From Catajapyx aquilonaris (taxonomy: Eukaryota), in assembly GCA_000934665.2 (NCBI GenBank), contig KZ538425.1, positions 1 to 64,000 of the forward strand: a stretch of 64,000 nucleotides of DNA, read 5' to 3'. The notes beneath the pieces are model-generated. The model did not search any database, was not told where the DNA came from, and saw only the letters and a program-made list of their open reading frames with translations. This document shows, in pieces, positions 52,875-64,000 of the stretch. Both the position numbers and the translations under genes were made by a program. How positions within the stretch are numbered: the stretch's first letter is position 1; each line of letters starts with the position of its first letter.

Positions 52875-55800
52875 AATGCGCTGGCATGTATGAACTTGAG
52901 TAGCCAAATCACTGCTGCTGCCAAAAATAGTACACGTCAAACTGGCACATTTCAGCCTCCCCCCCACACCCCATCCTCCTTTTCTTTTTCCAGCCAAGGT
53001 AGGTCCCTCCGCCCCTGTAGTGATTTTCCTTCATCGCCGCTGGAAATTTGCAGACACTCTTTTCCTACGCCCCAAGGGGGTGTCAATGTCAGCGGACTTT
53101 TTTTTGGAGGGGGCTGGGGGGGGGAGGTGTGTGTGTGTTTTTTCCCGNGGGGGGGGGGGGTGTTGAAATAGCAACTTATCTGAATGCGTTCACGTAAGTG
53201 CTCCCAGGTCGAAGTCCTTGCGAACTGCTAATTTCGGCGAAAATGGCCAGCACACAGGGACGTATCCTTTTCCAAAATTCCCCCACCTATTGAACTGAAA
53301 TGTGCACGGTCCACCCCTAGTGTCACCTCACCCGTCCAACCCACACACCCAACATTTCCATCCGCGCTTCATTGTACCATCATTCAAGCCAAAGTGGCGC
53401 ACTTCCTAATGGATCCCAATTATCCACGGGGCCATTATCAAACGTAACCTGCGCACTAATCCCTTCATAAACAATAGGCAGGCGGCCATGAAAAGCCTAA
53501 CTGATGCAGTTTCCAAGTCCATTTGGCCCCTGCATCTGCTGGGAGTTTGGGCCATGTATCCTCCTCCTTTTTTGGAGGGTTGGGTCCATAGCAAGCACCG
53601 GGGAGCCAGAATTACTGCCCTTGCCGGACACTATAAATTTGATACAGACGACACCGGATCTGCCGTCCGGAAGACAAACCCTCCTAGTATACTGGCCCCT
53701 CTCCTATATACCCCTGGCTCTTCCTCAATTAGTTCCGGGCCCCAGGGGGTCCCTTCCGCTTCGACTAGGTCTTCGGGTTTGGCCTCTACCCACCCAGACC
53801 CCTAATTACCAATGGATTCATTATTGAATCTTTTATTCTTTCTAGCTCTCTCCGCGGATCCCTAATTAGCACAACTCAATCAAATTGATTCAATCTTTCT
53901 TCCCTTATTAATCAGCCTTGGAAAGGTAATTATTTGACGATTCCGCCCCCCCCTCTAGTATATAGAATAGAATTTTTTTCCCCATGCTAGATTTTCCTCC
54001 CTCATCGCAAACCCAATCCAATTGCATACACATGGCTTAACTCGAGCGTCTTTTCGCTTCAACAGTTCCCCGATCCAGTGTACGGAACTTTTTGGAAAGC
54101 TACCTGCCCCCCGGATCTGAAAATCCAGTCGATATGTGCACGCATGATGCGATGGGCCAAAATATATTTTCCGCGGATGCTCTCTCTCTATATATATGTA
54201 TATAACTGATGGCAAAACGTGCCTTGTGAATTGAAAATGTGTGTTTTTTTTTTAAAAAAAAAAGCCCGAGCCTGAACTAGATTCCCATCTTCGGTCGTTT
54301 ACAATCAAAAACATTTTATACCCATCAATGGGCGTATATCGGGCAACACACGCTGTGTGATGTCGCACTCGCCAGCAGTTACCTCATAATTTATTCGGGG
54401 ACATCAGTAGAGGGGGAAAAAAGTGTCCCCACTCGAAAAGTCCTCAATTGTTTGGCAGCATTCGACACGTAACATGCACCGCCATGAATTTATTTGACAA
54501 TCCACACTACGTGAAACGAATTAGGGATGTGTTTCGGAAAAACACTGCCCATAAACGGAAGAACAGGGAGGGGTAATTTGTAGACCAATATAACACGTGT
54601 TGTGTGCACACCGGATTGGGTAAAAATCCGGAAAGAAACTTGCATCTTACGCCAATTTGTCCTGGATTGCACTTGTCAGTTCGGTGCCCGATATTTTAGC
54701 ATCCATTATTTTTCATTCCCCTTGAATAAAACTGCTTCATCAAACGTAACAAAATTTGGTAGCCCTAACAATTCACCCCCCTGGATGGTACGCTGGAGTG
54801 ATCAAATTTTTCTGCCCAAAAAACGGTTCCAGAAAGATCCCCCATCCTCACGTCACTCACATTTTTGACACATTAGATTGCCACACTACATCCCCACCCC
54901 CCCTAAAAAAAAAGTTCCCTATACGTTCACCCCCACCCAATCCAACAGCCGAATTCCCCTCCATCGCATAGTTCCCCCCTCAAAAAAGGACCATCATCAT
55001 CATCCTTCAATCCTCCTCCACCCTCCAATGGCGTGTATATAGTAGGCCATCCAATGCTTGTCATGACGTCAGTCTTCTGGTGGTGGTGGCCCTCGGCATG
55101 TCCCTAGTGGCAGGTGTGGATCCCCGTCTTCCAATGACTCATCAGCTGAGGGACTTGAACGCACAGTTGGGACGGACCCGAGCAAGACTTAATTATGCAT
55201 GCTAATTGCTTCACTGGCAAGGCCGCCACTTGTGCGAGGTTTATACCTTCTGCTTGCTGCACGCTCTTACTCTCCATCTTATATATCAAAGGACGGACAT
55301 CTTGCTTTTAGCCTCCCCCTTTTCCGCATCCACCTGCTTGCTTGCTGTGGGGCACTTTCTACTCTTGGCTGCTGTTTCTTTGTTGTAAGTTTCCTTTGTG
55401 AAGTTACGGGAACTCCGGGTGGTCTCAAGGAGTGCGGTGTTTACTCGCATCCTACATGCAGAATAGCGCATATATTCAAAGCATGTGGCAGCTTTAATCT
55501 GGACCTAATCCTATCCAATATTTTATGTGTGACGCATAGTGTCAAAGGGGTCAGGTGTCCTGATTGATCCGACCACCTCCCTCGATTCTCCTTATCCCCC
55601 CTTTTAGTCCGGTCGGATTCCTTTCTTCCCCCCACAGATTAGCTCCCACAAGCCCGCGAAACCATCAGGAATGAAACTCAATTAGGGGACGTATTAAAAT
55701 TAATAAAGATGCCCCCTTGCAGAATAATCACACCGGGCTTGGCTCCGTTGAGCCCAGGCAAGCAGTAGGGGGCGGCCATGGGCTTTCCAAAGAGGCCTCT

Positions 55801-57421
55801 TCCGATTCAATTTGTGTGCCCGGGGTCAGGAGTTAGCGCTGGGGCTTACGTCGGACCCCCTTCCCAGCAGCAGAGAGAGACGGAATAATGCAAAGGGGGG
55901 TGTATGTACCCAAGCATATCCCTCTGGCTAACTCAACAAGAAGCCAGAAAGAAGAGAGTAATTAGACTGGAAGGCCCCTTGCCTTAATATATGGTGCGCC
56001 CCTTTTGCTTTGGACCCTGCACATTCTTGCAGAGGTTCTTATCGCCTAGTTACACTGCTCAGTGTGTGAAGGTTTGGGGAGGTTTTCCCCCTGCTGGGAA
56101 TTTCCATCCTCAGAAGTGGGGGTGTGGCCATAAAGCGCCAGTGGTACACGTGCCTCGGGGCCGTAACCTTCTCCCAGACTACCTGTTTTATGAAGGGGGA
56201 AGGCAAAGGGAGAATTCGCAGTTCATCGGAGAAGTTTTGGGTCGAATTACACACGTTCCACTTTTTTTTTCTCTCCTTTTTTCAAAAGCAGGTTAAGAGC
56301 AGGGGGGGAAAAAAAGCAGGTTTTGATCTGTCCTGATGATCAAACTCCTTTACACATCGTGTCATGTGCGGCGGAGTGCTTACAAGGATTCTTGGGGCGG
56401 AGGTGACGAGGGTCCAAGTTGCTTGTCGGTGCCGGTTTTTATGGGCGGCTTGGGGATTTGCAGAGTGCACTTCTTTCAACTTAGGCTACTCCAACTCGAA
56501 CCAGCACCACCACACACAAACACACAGAAACGAAAATCGCTTTCCATAATATACTAGCCTGATTAATGATATTTCTGTAGGCTATACGAGCAGGAAATGA
56601 AATAGTCACAAAAATCGGCTAATTGTTAGCAGGTGGTGTCGACTATGCGACCTGATTAATAAGTTGGAGGTATTTCGCAACGTGCATGTACGATACAAGG
56701 TGGTGGAGTTTAAAAAAAATCCGCAGCAGAAATTAGTGGTATCACGCTGAAAAAAGCAGAGACCCATTTTCCCTCGAGAGTTCGTTGTAGGCAACCACAT
56801 CAAAAAAGAGTGGAGGGGCTATGTTTTTGAACTCTTTTTTTTTCTGTCTCTCTCTGGGAGCTTTATCAGCTCGGGCAATTGGGAGATGATCGCTTGTTTC
56901 GGGAGGTACGGAAACAAAACCAGGAGGATGAGGAGGGGGGAAAAAGATAGTCATCGGTCGGGAAGCCCAAAAATATTCCTCAGACGGAGAAACAAAAGGG
57001 CAAAATTAAATTCAACAACCCACACGAAGTGACTTGCAGATTAGTTTTACGGCAATATTATCTCGGTTTTCCCTTCGCTTGCACTGTCAACGTATCCGGG
57101 AATCCGGAACCCACCTTGCGGCGAGGTTGCCAGCATCAGAGAGGAATAATTCCTCTCAGCCAGATCTCTCTCTCTATATATATATACCTTCCCCTCTCCC
57201 CTTTTTACAAATCGAACCCTTCCCTGCCATTCCTGCCCGAGATAAGAGGAGAAAAAGAGGGATCTGGAATTTCACGCTCTACTCCGATTCGCTGCATCCG
57301 CATCACTTCGCCTGGATGCCTCTAAGAAATTGACCTCGCTCCCACTTTCCTTCAGACACAAGATATTGACAATTCGTCCATGGTTGCAGCACGAAGAAGT
57401 GAAGAAAAATATGGTCCTTAC

Positions 57422-57490
57422 CTGTCGATGATGACAGGATCAGAAGGAGTCTCGTTCCTGTTTCCGCAGCTCTTCTTATCGCAACAGCGG
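57422..57490 (-). CDS. coe: COE zinc-knuckle exon, 69 bp: (S)[22 protein letters not shown](R)
   Basis: Acceptor ttttttcag|C, donor GACAG|gtaagg; phase 2 in, phase 2 out; matches the COE signature motif. Confidence 0.97.
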
Positions 57491-60400
57491 CTGAAAAAAA
57501 GTATAATAGGATATAATTATAAATGCGTTCCCCCCCCCTTCTTCCATCTTATTCTGAGTGTTACTATAGTTGAAGGTTTGGTTTGGTGGGGGAGGGAGAT
57601 GGTGGCGAAAATGCTGAGGCAAGGAAAAGCAGTAAAAGCCATTGGGGCCCTTGTTCTCCCAGGGCAATCGTCTCCCTTGCCCGGCCATTGTGTGCCCCCT
57701 TCCTGCTTGTTATATGCTGCTTGGGCGACCCCCTCCTCCTCTTTCCAGATCGGTTGGTGCCTATACCTTCCAGCATTCCAATGTGTGTGGGGAGGACTAT
57801 TTTCTTTCTTTCTTCTTCTTCCCCAGATTGTTCTCCGCTCACGACTTTGCATCGCACTGGCCTTAGGGAACAGCACTAGGTACAGATGGAGGCAGGGGAA
57901 TGATCATGGGAAGTTCCTAGCATCGTTAGGAATACCTCCCCTAAACCGGCGCCTTATTGGAGCATTTTCTCCTGGGAATTTAGGTTGACTCACCCCTGTT
58001 ACATTGCTGCGACTACAGCCTGTCCCGGAAAGCAACTTCTGAGTCACCCTGTGTGCTAAATGGAATATCTGGCGAATCATTAAGGTAATTAAATCCTCAG
58101 GCCTTTCCACGTATTATTCCCGGTGCTGTAAGGTGCGTTCAGTCTGGGTTCCCTCCCCAAAAAAAGAGCTCCGAAACCTGCCATTCTCGGAGTTTAACCT
58201 CCAGGAAATGGCGTCTGACAAGGAAACCGCGTTGACGTTCCTCAAGAGACCCGCCTTGGAGACGATCCATCCGTCACCATAACTTAATCTTCCCTTCCCG
58301 ATGCAAGGGAAAGCGGCTAATTGCCGGGAAAAAGCCTTTTCCTCCCCTTATATTCAGAGAGAGAGAGAGAGGAACGTCACCTTTGTTATACAAGTACGTC
58401 TGTAATTGGGGCAAAGCACTGCAACTAGCAAAATAAAAAACTGCGGTTGCGTGGGTGGCGGCTTGGCTGCTACTGCAAAAAAAAAAAGTGCGAATAAATG
58501 TCGCGAGTCGGATGTGGAAATCAGCTTTCGCGCGCGTACGACTTTAAACCGGCATACAAGGGAATTAAATCTTTATCCTGTGGTCTTACGCCACCATCAC
58601 TAGCCTTCTGGGAGCAATATACGTACTTAAACTAACACCACGCGCTAACGCCAGTCACGTTAATTTTGCACACTGCAATTCAGAGGGTCCGCCCAGCAGG
58701 CCCTCCGATATATATACATACGGCCCACCAGATCAAACAAACGTTCACATCTACAGGGTGTTACCAACAACGGAAGGGTTATTAGGATAGGCCTCTGGCA
58801 CCAGAATAAAAAGAGAGAGCGGCTTTAAATTCAATGCCTCGAATAATTTTTTGGCATTTTACTGCAGCCTGATAAATATGCAAAAGCAGGCTGTCTTTCA
58901 TGAAGTGATTATAAATTCAGTACATTAAAAAAAAACTAGGCTGTGCAATTAAGTTCAAATAAAACTGTTCAATTTTTGAAGCATTAGATTACTGTTGTGT
59001 TTGAATGTAAGCATACCTCAATTAATCTCTAAATTGCCTACATATGTTTGACACTGTAGCGTAAACAGCAGTGTATACATTACTGAATTTCGTTTAAAAA
59101 AAAGTACTGGCTTATAAAATTACTTTTTAGGCCAAGTTCAGCCATATTTGCCAATAATATTTGACCTGATGTTATACAAAGTACACTTTTCTGTCCATAC
59201 TAAAATGACATGCGCAAGTCACATGTAGGTCCAAGGTCAACGCTTTCAAGTCGTGCTTCAAATGCAATTTTAAATCATTCCCTGTGACTCCCACGCAATT
59301 TCAGCCTGATCTGAGCCATCCTGTGCCTCTCTCCAAACATGGCGGAGTCGAGTATGTGTGTATATATCAGTCTGAAATTCTCTTTTTGTCTGAAACGATG
59401 CCACCTTCTGATTCTTCCCTTTGTTGGCAGTTCTTGCATCCAGGGGAGGTTGGAGAGTGAGAGAGAGATGGGGAGAGAGAGAGATGGGGAGAGAGAGAGG
59501 ATGAAGGGAGATGAGGGAGATGGATAGAAGGGAGAGGAGGAAAGTGGGGATGGGCGGGGAGAGAAGCGAGCCCCGCTCTTCTTGATCCCCAGGGATCCGA
59601 GCCCCTCCCATTACTCTGCTTTAGGGCCGGCAGAAGGCTCGCAGCAGCCGCTTGTCGATAGCACCGACTTTCCCTCCCCCCCGTCACAGCGCGCTGAGCA
59701 CGAAGGCAAGCACAATGGAGGAGGAGGAGGAAGGCGCTGGGGGAATATATATACATATAGGAAGGGGCAGCCTAGCTCAAGCTCACTTGCTGCCAAGACA
59801 CATGCACACACAAATAAAAAGACAATCAGAAATAATAATAATAATATTGTCAAAAAAAGGGACAGCCCGGTGCCATGTGCTCATTACTGCACGTGCCTGA
59901 GCAGCCATTATTGCCCCGGCATGTTCTTATAGAAGGAAGAAGCTAGGTTGAGAAGTCTGCTACAGATGGCAAGGTTTCTCTCGTCTCCTTTTGGTACGCA
60001 TGCCCCATCGTTGCAGAAGGCGAAGTGAGGGAGGAGGATGGAGGGGGATTGGGGGGGGGGAAGTCTGTGCCCGGAAGTGCTTCGACAGTATCGATCACCG
60101 CTGCAAAACGTCTGATACTTGTTGAAGCATGAAATAGTTCCGCTATGAACACCTGAACTGACGTGGGAGAGCAATTCCCATCTGGCCCATGAATGAGGAA
60201 ATCCTGCACTCCATCGCGCGATACACCCATACAGTGCCGAGACACTGATTTTTCTTCAAGATTTTTTTTTGGTGTGTGTGTGGAGGTCGATGGCACACAA
60301 AGTACGTCGAGTGAAGGATTACGTCACGTCAAGTGCATGCATGTGTCTGAATTACACTATGCAACTTGAAAAAAAGCAAGACAATTTATTCAAAATATTG

Positions 60401-60799
60401 AACGAAAGCTTCGACGAAAGCAGTGCTCCTATACGAGTATAAGCAATATCATCATAGTTCATCAAATTAATTTTTTTCAGTGTGGTCAACTATATAGGTG
60501 TATTATCTGCATGAAAAATATTCCGAAGAAATTATGCAGGGGCTGCAATTGGAAATGTCCCAAATTTTTCGAGGCCCACCATATAATCCACTCGACATCA
60601 CCCTGAATGAATAAGTAACCGAGAGCAAGTGTTGACATTTTCTCTGACCGCCCCCTGCGCAGATGATGACCAGGCTATTAACCTCCCTCTATCCTCCCAT
60701 ACAACTACTTAAGCCTGCAATATTCATGTCACAGATGTTCTCTTCCTCCACAAGCACCACCGGAAAAGGGGGTCCGGGTTTCCCCCCTTCCTCCAAGGG

Positions 60800-60800
<1 letters not shown>

Positions 60801-60860
<60 letters not shown>
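60801..60860. repeat. (CT)n microsatellite
   Basis: About 30 perfect units; this explains the ER/SL-repeat ORFs. Confidence 0.97.
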
Positions 60861-60862
<2 letters not shown>

Positions 60863-61859
60863 CAACATTAACCATTCTCGAGGTTGACACAATGTCATGT
60901 GTCCACTCTTCTGGCCAACCCCTCTCCACAGTCCCTCCCTCCCCCCCTCTCTCTCCCAAAAAAGGAGGGGTGGGTTGTCCAGGTTTGGAACCTGTCGCCA
61001 GAAACTCGCTGGAGCTGCACAGAAATTGGTGTCATGCGGACGGGTTGCGGTTTTTTACGGACTTTCCACCATGTCCATCCGACGGACACGACCTCCGGGA
61101 TCTTATCCCTTTTAAAAATGGGGTCCCAGCGACGGAAGTGTCGCAGGCTGTATCAGCAAAGTAAATCGTTATGAAATAACCCATAATTTATATATAGACA
61201 AGGACGTCCGCAACAAAATGACGCGTGACTCAGGCTAAAATGTCAACACGGAGACACTGCGGTTGTCACGAGCCATTGGGAAATGGTGATGAAGAGTTTT
61301 CCTCCAACAGCCCCATTTGGCATTAACAACCCCTCGCTACCTATATCCCTCTCTTCCTCGCATCAAGGCTCATGAAATACCCCACCCCTCCTCCTCTTTT
61401 ATAGACCGCCGCTGCGTTTATACACAGTTGTAATAATAAATCATGTAATCCGAACAAATACAGTTTCATTGATACACGCAACCCCCGCTTGAGTTACTAC
61501 TGGGGTTGTTATATATAGGGTCGCTTTTATTATCCCCCAGTAATCCATTGTAAATATCATCAAACGTCCGAATCGGCGCAATACTTTTAATTAGATGGGG
61601 CAAAATAAGCGAAACAGGGCGCGAATTAACCCGTGATAATGATTGGTTAAATTTTCAACAAATCATTGGGTTGTGACGCACGGGGAGTACCACTCCCAGT
61701 ATTTAATTAGCACGCCAGATCAACAACTAAATAACGGCAGGACTCGCGCCCTGCCGCTGTTTGCTGTTTCATATTATGTGTAGTGGGGTATATATAGTAG
61801 GGAGAGGACTATGGGGGGTGGATCTATGATATCATAGTGATGTTTGGTTATGTACTCAC

Positions 61860-61933
61860 CTGCACATGACCTCGTGCGTGAGGAGAACTCGGCACATTTC
61901 GGGGTTTTTGTCTTGGCCCTCGTAGATGATAGC
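61860..61933 (-). CDS. coe: COE DNA-binding domain exon, 74 bp: [24 protein letters not shown](S)
   Basis: Acceptor cttttcatttcag|GCT, donor TGCAG|gtgagt; phase 0 in, phase 2 out; contains the start of the zinc knuckle (H..MC). Confidence 0.97.
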
Positions 61934-62568
61934 CTGAAATGAAAAGTTGTGGATCAATCACACATATTTTGATGATTAAATTAATTCATGACATCACGGC
62001 ATAATCCCAGACACAGCGACGGCTAGTTACACTTATAGTATAAAAAAGTTCACATCAGAATAATATTTGAATCAACAACAGCACTGCTGGAAATGTTGCA
62101 GGTGCAAGGCTTAAAGTTACAAGCCTGCTGCATTGTCGAAAATGCAAACCCGACGTCTCTGCTGCTGTCACAATCCGGGCCCATATCAAATTAAGCCATA
62201 ACCCTCTCTCTCCTAAGTTAATGCAACTTAGTCACGATATGAAGTTGAGACAGCGCAGTAAAATAATACACGTATCTCTCTTCTTAAGTGACCGGGAGAA
62301 CTCTATATACACTCTGCTACTCAACTTCATGGGAGACCTGACAATTACGCTAAGTGAATTCTTAATAAACCTAATGGAGTGGAAGCCCTGCTGCCAGATA
62401 GACAAATGGTCAGAGTTGACACCTCACGGAAACGGCCGGAAACAACCAGAATCAAAATCCATAATATCTTGTTGCCTATAATCCTTACTCATAAGTTCAC
62501 TTCGCCACCCTCATATATGACAACGAAAAAAAAGAGAGAAAGATCTAGAGGAGGGGGGGGGGGGGGAA

Positions 62569-62755
62569 NNNNNNNNNNNNNNNNNNNNNNNNNNNNNNNN
62601 NNNNNNNNNNNNNNNNNNNNNNNNNNNNNNNNNNNNNNNNNNNNNNNNNNNNNNNNNNNNNNNNNNNNNNNNNNNNNNNNNNNNNNNNNNNNNNNNNNNN
62701 NNNNNNNNNNNNNNNNNNNNNNNNNNNNNNNNNNNNNNNNNNNNNNNNNNNNNNN
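62569..62755. other. Assembly gap (187 N) flanked by poly-G runs
   Basis: Run of N between G homopolymers; the single Ns elsewhere also sit in G/C homopolymers. Confidence 0.99.
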
Positions 62756-64000
62756 GGGGGGGGGGGGGAACGAAAATTCCCTTTTGTTGACTTCTTTGTT
62801 GGGGCTCCCCCCCAAATTGCGGTGACTCGCGCATGTGCCTGGAGCCAGCATCCCGACACCAACCTGATTACACGGGGATTAACCTAATCGACCAATCCGG
62901 TGGTTGGATGATGGTCGCCACTGCGCCCTACATCAAAATTCGGGAGGTCCTCTCAACCTGTTGGGATGGGGCTAATTCCACCTCTTCTTTTTTTCCATTC
63001 AGGTGTATTGTGTCAACGCTTGATCCGGTTCGGATGTGAGGCATCGAGTACGGAGCAGTCAGAAGAGCATGGCTTGGTCCAGACCAGTGGTCCAGGAAAC
63101 AAGCAATTCTCACTTCGGTACATGACCCCTCAAACCACCAACCTCGCTCGGACCGGGCCCAGCAGCCTATAATTTTGGCGCCCTCCGCGACCAAACCAAC
63201 TGTATTGACCCAACAAGCGGCCTTTATCTAGCTTTTATGGTAGGCTCGTCCATAGACGATCCCAGGCACTCATTTTGCCTCCCCCCTCCCCTACCAAACA
63301 CGACCCTCTATTATTTACACCCACGTTATCACTTTCGCCTGCAATTAACATAAACTAGGCCAAGCAACGAATAGTGGAGAGCACTATCTCAATGCCTGAA
63401 TGACCTCTTCCACTTGCCTCTCTTTCATTACAAAGCTCACATTCATCCACACCCAGTCAGATACGGATCTGGTGTGCGGGAGGGATTCCCTAAGGACCGG
63501 CAGAAAAGGCCCGGGAATTCCGGCACACACATACACCAGCCGTGTTGCTAAAACCAGAGGCATCAGAGATACCTTTTTTTTGTGTGTGTATGTGTGTGAG
63601 AATCGCAGCTTTTGTATACGGCCTGTGACTGAGCTGAAACGATGTATTATGCCGGACCGATTATTGCATCAAAAGGTCGGGGACTGTAATTTTATGAGGT
63701 ACTTGCAGCTTAAATGCGTTCTGACAATGTCGCCTATATATACTGCACGGAAAAGGGGGTGTCGTAAATACCGAATAAAAAATGTTCAGATCGCAGAAAT
63801 TGGCGAATTTAACTTATATAATTATTACGTGATTAGACATGAAACTTATGCTGCGTCAATACACAAAAAAGGAAAATCATGCCGCAAAATTAGTGACGAT
63901 AATTCCACATTTTAGGCATATATCATCATCAAATCACAGCATTTTTGCATTGTTTGTGGTTGGCCTGTTATTACACAGCGAGGGTTCAATTGTGATATAT

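Noticed and set aside
57380..57988. 202-aa plus-strand ORF
   Set aside because: Antisense to the zinc-knuckle exon and adjacent intron; no protein-like features.
61934..64000. Search for the next upstream coe exon (GxRxEQDLYVRLIDS-like)
   Set aside because: Not found on the minus strand; presumably beyond the window, although the N gap at 62569-62755 could hide sequence.

Overview
Eukaryotic (invertebrate, probably arthropod-like) genomic DNA. The window is dominated by one intron-rich gene on the minus strand, a COE/EBF (collier/knot/Olf-1) transcription factor. I traced 11 coding exons by hand from 61933 down to 6835, with consistent GT-AG boundaries and splice phases. They cover the C-terminal part of the COE DNA-binding domain with the zinc knuckle, the IPT/TIG domain, a single-H2 atypical HLH and a Ser/Pro-rich tail. 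The first exons lie beyond the right edge of the window. The most interesting structure is at the 3' end, where two alternative C-termini are encoded: a vertebrate-like 'AVKQKSAFAPV' exon and an insect-like 'NPFALPTCN...STK' exon. Splicing the first to the second creates a stop codon across the junction (T|GA). There is also a dual in-frame acceptor before the IPT domain and a 31-kb intron at the position of the giant intron of vertebrate EBF genes. Non-coding DNA carries several small non-autonomous transposons (TA-flanked CAGGGTG MITEs, a Helitron-like family, foldback palindromes), microsatellites and one assembly gap. Almost all ORFs in the supplied track are spurious. Family comparisons are from memory; no database search was run.
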